Origin: Bacteroidales bacterium | GTDB taxonomy: Bacteria > Bacteroidota > Bacteroidia > Bacteroidales > UBA932 | Assembly: GCA_004552965.1 (NCBI GenBank) | Contig: SFMU01000002.1 | Coordinates: 3,344-67,343, forward strand | Length of the DNA: 64,000 nucleotides | Direction: 5' to 3' | Shown: piece after piece, positions 19,219 through 27,827 of the stretch | Position numbering within the stretch: position 1 is the stretch's first letter | Layout of the letters: each line of letters starts with the position of its first letter | Made by a program: the position numbers and the translations under genes | The notes under the pieces: generated by a model | What the model saw: only the letters and a program-made list of their open reading frames with translations | Database searches by the model: none | Told to the model about the DNA's origin: nothing

Positions 19219-22200
19219 CTATTTCCTGGCCGGCAAGGTTCCGGGTTTCGGAATCGGGTATCTTACCGTGAAGCAGGCACCTTTGAGATTGTAGGACCTG
19301 GAGTATGTGATCTCGCCGTTGCATCTTTCGATTATGCTCCTGCATATTGAAAGCCCCAGGCCGGTACCGTTGCTCTTGGTCGTGAAGTTTGGAGTGAACA
19401 GCTTGCTCCTGTTCTCCTCGCTCACGCCCGGCCCGTTGTCTTCGATCACAATGTCATAGAACCCTTCTTTCGATGAATATCTCAGAGAAATATAGATGTT
19501 TCCATCCGAGACCGGCACACCTTCCTCCTTCTCTGCCTGCTGCTTGTGCTCGATGGCCTGGATCGCATTTCCAAGCAGATTGGTAAGCACACGGGTAAGC
19601 TGAGGTTTAGGACCTATGATCAGGGCATCCTTCAGACCGATGTAGGTGAATCTGATGTTCTCCTTTGTGTCGAAGAGGAAGACTTCGTCCGAAATGAGCT
19701 GGTCCAGATTGATTTCCACAGGTTCCTCCATGTACAGTTTCGCGAAGGTTGAGAAATCATTGGCGGTTTCTGTCAGGATGTCAATCTGTGCCAGGACATC
19801 CTGGGAGACAGCGTCGAACCTCTCCATCCAGACCGGATTGCCGTTGTTCTTCAGTCGGATGAGCCTCTGAATCTGAAGCTTGATAGGGGTCAGCGGATTC
19901 TTGATCTCATGCGCAACCTGTCTGGCCATGGTTGCCCAGGCCTTGTCCCTCTCGCTCATCGTAAGCTGCGTGGTGGAGTCGTAAAGGTCATGCACCATCA
20001 GGTTGTAGGCACGGACCAGCTGCGAAACCTCGTCATCCCTGTCGTAGATGATATATTCAAGGTTCTCGATGCTTGCCTCATTCATCTTTCTACCCATCTC
20101 CGTCAGAGGCTTGAACATCTTGTTGACAGCGGAAGCGGTGATGAATCTTGCAAGAAGGAGAAGGATCATGAACACTGTGACAATCGAAATCGCATGGAGC
20201 AGGGCCTCCATCTTGAAGTCGAGGCTGTCATCGGTGTATGGTGAAGCCATTATAGCCATCATCTTGCCCGACGCGTTGAAGATCGGGGCATAGAGGAAAT
20301 AGACATTCTTGGCACCGATCCATTCGTGGTTGATGAAATACCTGCGGTTCTTGTAGATGATGTTCTCGTAGACAAGCGGATTGATTCTCGTAGGAATAAG
20401 CATTCTGTCGAACACTTCAGGAGTGGTGGAACGTATCTCCCTTCCACCTGTGTTGTAGAGTGTGATGTCCGCTTTCAGAGTGTTGCTGGCCTCTTCGACA
20501 ATTTCGGAACACTCTGCCGTGAGAAGGAAGTTCTGATTGTCGGCGAACCTTAGCTTCGACTGGAGATAGCTCTGCAGGAAAGTGACCTTGTCGGCCATGG
20601 AAGACCTCATGTTGTCGCGGTTCCTCTTGTTTACGAAGGCAACGCTCACTGTAGCCAGCGAAATCAAGGTCATGATCAGCGCGACCATCATTGCCGTGTT
20701 GATCCTGGATTTGTAGTAGTTCTTCTCTTTTTCAGACCTCTTTCTCCGCGGGTAGGTCAGGATTGTGATGACCAGATAGATTACAAGAGAATTCAGCAGG
20801 AAGGTGACGATGTAGAATGAGGCCTCAAGCTCCGGTCTTGAGATGAGTATCATCATGCTGTCTGAAACCTTGTTGATGAAATGGACATATCCGTTGATCC
20901 TGATCACTTCATTCGGCGAATCTGCATATTCCCTGAATGCTTCATATTCCAGTTTCATAGGATAGGCATAGCTTCCCTTGCATGAAGTGAGGTTGCCATC
21001 CGAATACTTCGCATAGGAATATTTCGACGGCATCAGCACTTCTCCGGGCTTGCTGTAGCCCAGGATCTTGCCATAACCCTTGTCCTCCCTGTTGGATTTC
21101 GGCGAGATTGTCAGGAACATCATCGTGAGTCCGTTGCCTGAGTTGTAGTAGGCGAAGTTTCCGACGTACATGTGGTTGCCGTTCTCGTCCGAAAGGTACC
21201 TGAAGCGTGAGTTTTCATGGATCGGAATGCCTTGCGACATCAGATTCGTGAAATAGGAGATGGTGTGCTGGGTCATCATGTCCTCCCTGAACAGGTCGAC
21301 CCCTATGTCGTAGTCCTGTGAGATCCGGCCCAGATAATTGTCGATGATCTTGTTGCGGATGAAGTACTTGCTGTTCCTCATTGCCGCAAAGGATGCCAGG
21401 TACTGGTCGGATGCTATGAGTTCCTCCTGCATCCTCAGCTCAAGCTCGAGCCTGATGTCCCTTTCGATTGAAAGTCTGTTTGCCCAGACCTCCACACTGT
21501 TCTGCTCTTTCTGGAAGCCGAAGACCGAGATATCGGTGACCAGCCATATCGCCAGAAGGGCGGAAAAGATGGCTCGGTTTATTGTGGAATGCGGACTTCC
21601 TTTGAAATGCAGCATCTTCTTCAGGGCAGGGAACAGCATGATGAACAGCAAGGCGCATCCGATCATCAGCAAGATGAGCATCGAGTAGACGAACATGCTT
21701 GTGTACGTCAGGTCGTTGATCTTGTACAGCTCAAGGGTGATGTTGGAGTTGAAGAGGATGCTCTTGATTAGCCAGTGCGAGTAGAAGATCAGCCCGGCAA
21801 TTGCGATGGATACCGAAGCGGCATAGATCGACAGACCCTTTTTCGGCCTTTTCCCTTTCAGGATGACCTTGTACAGGTCCGTCCTGGTCATGAACACGGC
21901 GCAGATCGTCAGGAACATGGCCATCGAATAGATGAAAGCATCTCCGATGGAATTGAATATCTTGCCGTCAGCATAGACAAGAGGGGAGAACAGGATCGAA
22001 CTGTCTTTGATTGTCTGTCCCCAAAAATGTGTGCAGATGATGATCGCATACAGGAGAGGAAGGACTGCCGCCAGATTTTTCAGGTGGCGTTTGCTGCGCA
22101 GATGCAGGAACAATGCAATGACTATCAGCCCTATCGAAATCCAGATCAGAACAGAATGCGCCAGCAGGGATGCGCTGGTGATGCCGCTGCTGACGAGTTT

Positions 22201-22806
22201 GAAGACAGGGACACCGTCCAGCATTACCGGAGAGCCGCCGCTTTCTGCCAGCGGAACGATGGTGAATGCCTTGCCGGAAACCAGATTCCTGTTGACACCC
22301 TCCTTGGAATCGGATTTCTGACTGTCCATGACTTCGAGCCCGCAGATGACTTTCCTGTTGTTGAGAATCTCGGATCTTACAAGATACCATTTGTGCCCGT
22401 AGTTCACGAACGACGGCTTGCCGGTCACTTCCGAAAGCGGGGAAATGATGCTCTCCTGCGGTCTTGACAGACGCGGGTAGAAGACTCTGGCGTTGATGTT
22501 GTCGTTCTTCAGCGGGAAACGGTTGCACCAGGATGTGAGGGAGTCGTCCACATAGCGGTAGATGACCATGTCCTCCGGTATGTCGAGATTGCCGATCCAC
22601 TCGTCAGGACCTGCGGACAGCGCCCTGTCGCTCCAGTCCTTCAGGAGAGCCATCCTTTCGGCAAGGGCTTTCCCGGTTCTGGCCGCCGCACGTTCAGTGT
22701 CCTTCACGGATCTGGTTTTGGACAGCGCATCGGTGACGATCACTGCGGAAGCGGCAATCAGGATGCACGCGATCAGCATGCCCGTCTTGATCTTTCCTCT
22801 GATCAT
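19219..22806 (-). CDS. Large multi-TM sensor histidine kinase (HAMP-HisKA-HATPase, NtrY-like core)
   Basis: MARQVAHEIKNPLTP H-box, NLLGNA N-box, DNGPG, FTTKSNGTGLGL; many hydrophobic segments. Confidence 0.92.
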   Translation of the reverse strand: MIRGKIKTGMLIACILIAASAVIVTDALSKTRSVKDTERAAARTGKALAERMALLKDWSDRALSAGPDEWIGNLDIPEDMVIYRYVDDSLTSWCNRFPLKNDNINARVFYPRLSRPQESIISPLSEVTGKPSFVNYGHKWYLVRSEILNNRKVICGLEVMDSQKSDSKEGVNRNLVSGKAFTIVPLAESGGSPVMLDGVPVFKLVSSGITSASLLAHSVLIWISIGLIVIALFLHLRSKRHLKNLAAVLPLLYAIIICTHFWGQTIKDSSILFSPLVYADGKIFNSIGDAFIYSMAMFLTICAVFMTRTDLYKVILKGKRPKKGLSIYAASVSIAIAGLIFYSHWLIKSILFNSNITLELYKINDLTYTSMFVYSMLILLMIGCALLFIMLFPALKKMLHFKGSPHSTINRAIFSALLAIWLVTDISVFGFQKEQNSVEVWANRLSIERDIRLELELRMQEELIASDQYLASFAAMRNSKYFIRNKIIDNYLGRISQDYDIGVDLFREDMMTQHTISYFTNLMSQGIPIHENSRFRYLSDENGNHMYVGNFAYYNSGNGLTMMFLTISPKSNREDKGYGKILGYSKPGEVLMPSKYSYAKYSDGNLTSCKGSYAYPMKLEYEAFREYADSPNEVIRINGYVHFINKVSDSMMILISRPELEASFYIVTFLLNSLVIYLVITILTYPRRKRSEKEKNYYKSRINTAMMVALIMTLISLATVSVAFVNKRNRDNMRSSMADKVTFLQSYLQSKLRFADNQNFLLTAECSEIVEEASNTLKADITLYNTGGREIRSTTPEVFDRMLIPTRINPLVYENIIYKNRRYFINHEWIGAKNVYFLYAPIFNASGKMMAIMASPYTDDSLDFKMEALLHAISIVTVFMILLLLARFITASAVNKMFKPLTEMGRKMNEASIENLEYIIYDRDDEVSQLVRAYNLMVHDLYDSTTQLTMSERDKAWATMARQVAHEIKNPLTPIKLQIQRLIRLKNNGNPVWMERFDAVSQDVLAQIDILTETANDFSTFAKLYMEEPVEINLDQLISDEVFLFDTKENIRFTYIGLKDALIIGPKPQLTRVLTNLLGNAIQAIEHKQQAEKEEGVPVSDGNIYISLRYSSKEGFYDIVIEDNGPGVSEENRSKLFTPNFTTKSNGTGLGLSICRSIIERCNGEITYSRSYNLKGACFTVRYPIPKPGTLPARK

Positions 22807-22822
22807 AATACCTCCCTTTCCG

Positions 22823-23296
22823 TCATTCGTGGTGATACGGCTCTCCTTTTATTATTGTGAATGCCCTGTACAGCTGCTCGGCGAAGATGGCTCTGACCAT
22901 CTGGTGCGAGAAAGTCATCTTCGACAGGGAAATCTTCCCGTCTGCACGGGCATATACCTCGTCGGAAAAGCCATAGGCTCCTCCTATTATGAATATGATG
23001 TCCTTCCCTCCGGCGCTCATGGTGTTCTGCAGCTGCCTGGCGAACTCTATGGAGCGGTACTCCTTGCCGTGTTCGTCCAGCAGGATGACCCTGTCGGCAG
23101 GCTTGAGAGACTTGAGGATCAGCTTGCCTTCCTTTTCCTTGATCTGGGATTGGCTCAAGGCAGAGACATTCTTCAGCTCCGGAATCTCCACCACACTGAA
23201 AGGCACATAATGAATCAGCCTGGAAGCATAATTGTCCAGACCTTCTCGTACCCACGGAATATCAGTCCTTCCGACTGTGATCAAACTGATCTTCAT
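22823..23296 (-). CDS. rlmH: 23S rRNA (pseudouridine1915-N3)-methyltransferase
   Basis: LDEHGK, FIIGGAYG, LSKMTFSHQMVR, EQLYRA, GEPYHHE; ATG at 23296. Confidence 0.97.
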   Translation of the reverse strand: MKISLITVGRTDIPWVREGLDNYASRLIHYVPFSVVEIPELKNVSALSQSQIKEKEGKLILKSLKPADRVILLDEHGKEYRSIEFARQLQNTMSAGGKDIIFIIGGAYGFSDEVYARADGKISLSKMTFSHQMVRAIFAEQLYRAFTIIKGEPYHHE

Positions 23297-23316
23297 TGTT
23301 GACAAAGGTAAGAAAG

Positions 23317-23332
23317 TGGCTCGGTATTTGCA
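23317..23332 (+). promoter_or_regulatory. Putative sigma54 -24/-12 promoter
   Basis: TGGCTCGGTATTTGCA versus consensus TGGCACG-N4-TTGCW, 14 nt before the DUF4783-like start. Confidence 0.6.
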
Positions 23333-23346
23333 AGTAAATAAAAGCG

Positions 23347-23751
23347 ATGCGAATTATTAGAAATATATTGATTTCAGCCTTTCTGTTGCTCTCCGCACCA
23401 TCTGTTCTTGCTGCGGATGACAGCTATGATGTATTCATCCCCATTTCGAAGTACATAGCTGCCGGAGATGCGGAAAGTCTTTCAGCGTGGTTTGCCGACA
23501 ATCTTGAGATTTCGCTGCTGTCTTCCACGAGCAATTCAAGCAAGAGTCAGGCTACCCAGATCCTGAAGTTCTTTTTCGAGAAACACAAGCCGAGGTCCTT
23601 CTCAATCAATCACACTGCTGCCGGACAGAATTCCAAGTATGCTCTGGGAAGTCTGAGTTCCGGCGGGGAGTCCTTCATGGTGACGATTTTCGTGAGCATG
23701 TGCGGACAAAGCTACAAGATCCAACAGCTGAAGATTGACTACGTGAGGTGA
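23347..23751 (+). CDS. Secreted DUF4783-like protein
   Basis: Signal peptide; GDAESLSAWF..NLEI, SKSQATQILK.FF..HKP.SF pattern recalled for this family. Confidence 0.7.
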   Translation: MRIIRNILISAFLLLSAPSVLAADDSYDVFIPISKYIAAGDAESLSAWFADNLEISLLSSTSNSSKSQATQILKFFFEKHKPRSFSINHTAAGQNSKYALGSLSSGGESFMVTIFVSMCGQSYKIQQLKIDYVR

Positions 23752-23770
23752 CCTGACAAACCTTCTGATA

Positions 23771-25390
23771 ATGTCAGACAGATACAAGCTAAGTCTACTG
23801 GCCTTCATCTCGGCAGTCCTGCTGAGTGTCCCTTATCTCGTACCCGGTACGGGATTTCTTTCGTTGATAGCCTTCGTGCCTATGCTGATTGCCGAACAGT
23901 ACGCGACCTTGGCAGGAATCAAGGGCTTCTGGAAGTGGCATTACGGCTGTTTCGTCCTATGGAATGCATTCACCACTTTCTGGGTCTGCAATGCGACTCT
24001 GGGAGGCGGGATATTCGCCGTGCTTGCCAATGCCCTTCAGATGTCGCTCATCTTCGGCCTGTTCCGGTGGAGCCGCAAGCAGGTCTCCGGAGCGGTTCCC
24101 TACATATTCCTTGCCTTTGCCTGGATTGCCTGGGAGCGCTTCTACCTGACCTGGGCGGAAATCAGCTGGCCATGGCTCGTCCTTGGCAATGCCTTCGCCA
24201 GGACCACGGGATGGATCCAGTGGTATGAATATGCCGGTACGCTTGGCGGTTCGCTCTGGATCTGGACAACCAATCTGGCTGTCTTCGGAGTCCTGATGAC
24301 CCTGGCCTATGGCAACTGGAGGAACCGGACTCTGGCCGCACGGCTGTTCTTTTCTCTCGGTACCCTTGCACTCTTCGCCGTGCCGCCCGTTCTGTCGCTT
24401 TTCATCAAGCCGGATGATCCTGACGGCTCGCTCGATGTCGTGATACTCCAGCCGAACATCGATCCTTACGACAAGTTCGGAGGGATGAGCCAGGAGCAGC
24501 AGACCGATCTCCTTCTCTCCCAACTGTCAGATTGCTGTCCGACAGGGAACGTGCTCTGCATCGCCCCCGAGACATTCACCAATGACATCATTACCAATGA
24601 CCTTTATCTCAGTCCGACGCTGAACCGTTTCCAGGAATATGCCGATGCCCATCCCGGTGTGAACATCCTCTTCGGAGCATCTTCACGGACATATCTGGAA
24701 TCCGCTGTCAGACCTTCCCACACGGCCCGCCTCCGTCCGAACGGCCTCTGGATGGAAGGCCACAATTCGTCTCTCATGGTAAGTGCCGGCCGCACTCCCG
24801 ACATATTCCACAAGAGCAAACTTGTGGTCGCTGTCGAGAAGACGCCTTATCCGGCGGTGTTCTGCAAGATCGACGACCTGCTGGGAGGAGTGATGGGACG
24901 CAACATCGGCCAGGAAGAAGTGACCGATCTGAATTTCGCACAGTACGACAGCACCGGTCAGATGACTGGCAGCTTCCCTGTCGGAACTCCGATCTGCTAC
25001 GAGTCCGTCTATGGCGAGTACTGTACCGAATATGTCAGAAAGGGCGCCAGGCTTCTTGCCGTAATCACGAATGATGCCTGGTGGAAGGACACGCCGGGCT
25101 ATCGCCAGCACCTTTCATATTCATCCCTCAGAGCCATTGAGACGCGGCGTTGGATTGCCCGTTGCGCCAACACCGGAATCTCGGCCGTGATCGATCCTTC
25201 CGGGAAGATCATCTCCAGAACCGACTGGTGGGAGCCTGCCGTGCTCACTGCCAAGGTCGGGCTCAGCAGCGAGGAGACCTTTTTCGTGCGGAACGGAGAC
25301 ATCGCCGGAAGAATTTCCGTGCTGATGTTCCTTCTGCTCTTTTTCGGAATGCTCGTCCGGAGCGTCACTCGTCCGGGTCTTGGACGATAA
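23771..25390 (+). CDS. lnt: Apolipoprotein N-acyltransferase
   Basis: N-terminal TM bundle, WPWL.LG, QPNIDP, catalytic E (APET), K (HKSKLV..VE), C (ICYES), ITNDAWW, RAIETRR, ANTGIS. Confidence 0.93.
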   Translation: MSDRYKLSLLAFISAVLLSVPYLVPGTGFLSLIAFVPMLIAEQYATLAGIKGFWKWHYGCFVLWNAFTTFWVCNATLGGGIFAVLANALQMSLIFGLFRWSRKQVSGAVPYIFLAFAWIAWERFYLTWAEISWPWLVLGNAFARTTGWIQWYEYAGTLGGSLWIWTTNLAVFGVLMTLAYGNWRNRTLAARLFFSLGTLALFAVPPVLSLFIKPDDPDGSLDVVILQPNIDPYDKFGGMSQEQQTDLLLSQLSDCCPTGNVLCIAPETFTNDIITNDLYLSPTLNRFQEYADAHPGVNILFGASSRTYLESAVRPSHTARLRPNGLWMEGHNSSLMVSAGRTPDIFHKSKLVVAVEKTPYPAVFCKIDDLLGGVMGRNIGQEEVTDLNFAQYDSTGQMTGSFPVGTPICYESVYGEYCTEYVRKGARLLAVITNDAWWKDTPGYRQHLSYSSLRAIETRRWIARCANTGISAVIDPSGKIISRTDWWEPAVLTAKVGLSSEETFFVRNGDIAGRISVLMFLLLFFGMLVRSVTRPGLGR

Positions 25391-25405
25391 GATCAGCCGG
25401 TCGCT

Positions 25406-25435
25406 CAAGATTACATAAAACAAGATTACATAAAA
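25406..25435. repeat. 15-bp perfect tandem duplication CAAGATTACATAAAA x2
   Basis: Read directly between convergent lnt and rng. Confidence 0.85.
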
Positions 25436-25444
25436 AAAGACAGG

Positions 25445-27022
25445 CTAGATTTCCAGCCTGTCTCCTTTCATGTCATAGATTTCATTCTGCAGTACCGAGA
25501 ACCCTGTCATTTCGACCAGGGTCAGTTTGCATCCGTACTTCTTTTTCCATTTGCCGATGAACGACTTGTCTCCGATCAGCGACTGCCCTCTCTTGAGATA
25601 GGCCCCCAGGATGGGACTCACCTTCAATGTCAGTTCCTTGTGCCCCTTGTCGGAGAAGTAAGCGATGTCTCTCTCGATCTGCTCGTCGATGACGGCACTT
25701 GGGGCAATCTTGCCGGTTCCATGACAGACAGGGCACACCTCCTCAGTGTTGATCTGCGTTACAGGGCGGATCCTCTGCCTTGTTATCTGCATGAGACCGA
25801 ATTTGGTAAGAGGCAGGACATTGTGCTTGGCGCGGTCGCTTTCCATCAGCTGCTGCATGTAGCGGTGCAGCTCGTTGCGATGCTCTCCGGAATCCATGTC
25901 GATGAAATCCACGATCACGATTCCTCCCATGTCCCTGAGCCTCAACTGTCGGGCAATCTCTTCAGCTGCGATCTTGTTTACCTCGAAGGTGTTGTCCTCC
26001 TGGTTCGATGTCTTGGCGCGTATTCCGCTGTTGACATCGATCACATTCAGAGCCTCTGTCGTCTCGATGACCAGATAGGCTCCCTGCTTCATCGGGACCA
26101 CCTTTCCGAAAGAACTCTTGATCTGTCTCGTGACCTCGAAATGGTCGAAGATCGGTTCCTTTCCCTCGTACAGCTTTACGATTTTCTCCTGCTCCGGAGA
26201 GATCAGGGAGATATACTTCTTCGTCTCCTCAAAGATGTTCCTGTCATTGACATGGATGTTGCTGAACGAATCGTTGAGCAGATCCCTGAGGATTGTGGTT
26301 GTCTTGCTGTACTCGGTGAAGAGCAGCTGGGTCGATTTGTTCCGGGCAATCTTCTTCCACGAACTTTCCCATTTCTCGATCAGCGACTTGGCCTCGGCAA
26401 CCAGAACGGCCGCTTTCTTGCCTTCTGCCGCTGTGCGTATGATGGCACCGTAGTTCTTGGGAAGAATGCTCTTTACCAGCGTTTCAAGCCTTTTCTTCTC
26501 CTCTTTGGAGGAAATCTTCTGGGAAACGCTTACTTTTTCTGCAAACGGAAGCAATACGATGTTCCTTCCTGCCAATGAAATCTCCGCAGTGAGTCGTGAC
26601 CCTTTGGTGGATATCGGCTCCTTGACAATCTGTACGATTAACATCTGTCCGGGACTGAGGACGTTTTCGATACGTCCCTCCTTCTCGAGAATCGGTCCGA
26701 TCTTGATTTTGGAATACAAGGCATCCAGGCTGGTGTTCGCATTGCTCTTGCGTACGAACTCGTCGAATGCGTTGAAATACAGACCGAGGTCCAGATAATG
26801 TACAAAAGCCTCTTTCTTGTCCCCGATGTCCACAAAGGCGGCGTTGAGCGCAGGAAGAAGTTTCTTCACTTTCCCGAGGAATACATCCCCTACGGAAAAA
26901 CTGTGCCCCTGGCTGGACTCCTTGTTCAGTTCAATCAGCCGGTGGTTTTCCATCAGCGCGATGTGAACTTCTGTCGGCGTTACGTCGACAATCAGATCCT
27001 TTTCAGACTTTTCGGACTCCAT
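25445..27022 (-). CDS. rng: Ribonuclease E/G family
   Basis: S1 domain AAFVDIG, KEPISTKGSRL, IDVNSG, RLRDMGGIVIVDFIDM, CPVCHGTG zinc link. Confidence 0.93.
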   Translation of the reverse strand: MESEKSEKDLIVDVTPTEVHIALMENHRLIELNKESSQGHSFSVGDVFLGKVKKLLPALNAAFVDIGDKKEAFVHYLDLGLYFNAFDEFVRKSNANTSLDALYSKIKIGPILEKEGRIENVLSPGQMLIVQIVKEPISTKGSRLTAEISLAGRNIVLLPFAEKVSVSQKISSKEEKKRLETLVKSILPKNYGAIIRTAAEGKKAAVLVAEAKSLIEKWESSWKKIARNKSTQLLFTEYSKTTTILRDLLNDSFSNIHVNDRNIFEETKKYISLISPEQEKIVKLYEGKEPIFDHFEVTRQIKSSFGKVVPMKQGAYLVIETTEALNVIDVNSGIRAKTSNQEDNTFEVNKIAAEEIARQLRLRDMGGIVIVDFIDMDSGEHRNELHRYMQQLMESDRAKHNVLPLTKFGLMQITRQRIRPVTQINTEEVCPVCHGTGKIAPSAVIDEQIERDIAYFSDKGHKELTLKVSPILGAYLKRGQSLIGDKSFIGKWKKKYGCKLTLVEMTGFSVLQNEIYDMKGDRLEI

Positions 27023-27049
27023 GAGGAAATTGCAATGGTTTTTGATATG

Positions 27050-27085
27050 AAAAAAGGGCCGTCCGGTCTTCCGGTCAGCCCCTTT
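27050..27085 (-). terminator. Probable intrinsic terminator after HU-bS22
   Basis: Imperfect GC-rich hairpin followed by a T-run on the minus strand. Confidence 0.55.
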
Positions 27086-27119
27086 CTTTCAGCAAACTGC
27101 TAAAATGGCAGACACGAGA

Positions 27120-27209
27120 TTACTTCTTCTTGTGTCTATTCTTGCGCAAGCGCTTTTTACGCTTGTGCGTCGACATCTTATGTCTTTTTCTTTTCTTACC
27201 GCTAGGCAT
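27120..27209 (-). CDS. 29-aa basic protein, 30S ribosomal protein bS22 (AURKAIP1/COX24-like)
   Basis: Manual translation MPSGKKRKRHKMSTHKRKKRLRKNRHKKK; closely resembles the Bacteroidota bS22 sequence as I recall it. Confidence 0.85.
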   Translation of the reverse strand: MPSGKKRKRHKMSTHKRKKRLRKNRHKKK

Positions 27210-27229
27210 GGTGATATTAATTTAAGTAA

Positions 27230-27508
27230 TTACTTTTCCTTGACTGCGTTGACAAATACCTTTGCAGGCTTGAAAGCCGGGATGTCATGCTCAGGGATTG
27301 TCATTGTGGTCTTCTTGGTGATGTTGCGAGCTGCCTTCTGGGCTCTGTGCTTTACGATGAAGCTGCCGAAGCCACGGAGATAGACTGGTTCCTTCATTTC
27401 GATGGACTCCTTGACGGTCTCCATGAACTCCTCAACTACCTTCTGTACAGCGATTTTCTCAATACCGGTTTTGCTTGAAACCTTGTTTACGATTTCTGCC
27501 TTAGTCAT
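27230..27508 (-). CDS. HU/IHF family DNA-binding protein
   Basis: MTKAEIV, VYLRGFGSF, ARNI, PAFKPAK. Confidence 0.95.
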   Translation of the reverse strand: MTKAEIVNKVSSKTGIEKIAVQKVVEEFMETVKESIEMKEPVYLRGFGSFIVKHRAQKAARNITKKTTMTIPEHDIPAFKPAKVFVNAVKEK

Positions 27509-27636
27509 ATTCAATCAAAAATAATTGTTGTCTATTTGCATCAATGTTATCCTCTTTCAAGGACAGGGAGTGCAAAAATAGACTTATTTTTTTAATAATC
27601 AAAATCATAAATACATTTTTTCCTCCAAGATGCCTC

Positions 27637-27700
27637 TGGCACGGTGATTGACAATATATCCCTCGCGAATATGTGGCGAGACAATCTGACAAATTGGCAG
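27637..27700 (+). promoter_or_regulatory. Putative sigma54 promoter (27637-27652) and 15-bp palindrome (27686-27700) upstream of lon
   Basis: TGGCACGGTGATTGAC; CTGACAAATTGGCAG. Confidence 0.55.
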
Positions 27701-27827
27701 ACGTCTGGTTCGTGTCCCTGTCCATCAGCGGATTCGCGATGGCGCCCGCGTCCTTGTCACTTGTCCGAAGGAATATGTGTTTTGCAGAAGAAAATGGTTC
27801 GCCTCTGGCGGACCGCAATATACAAAT

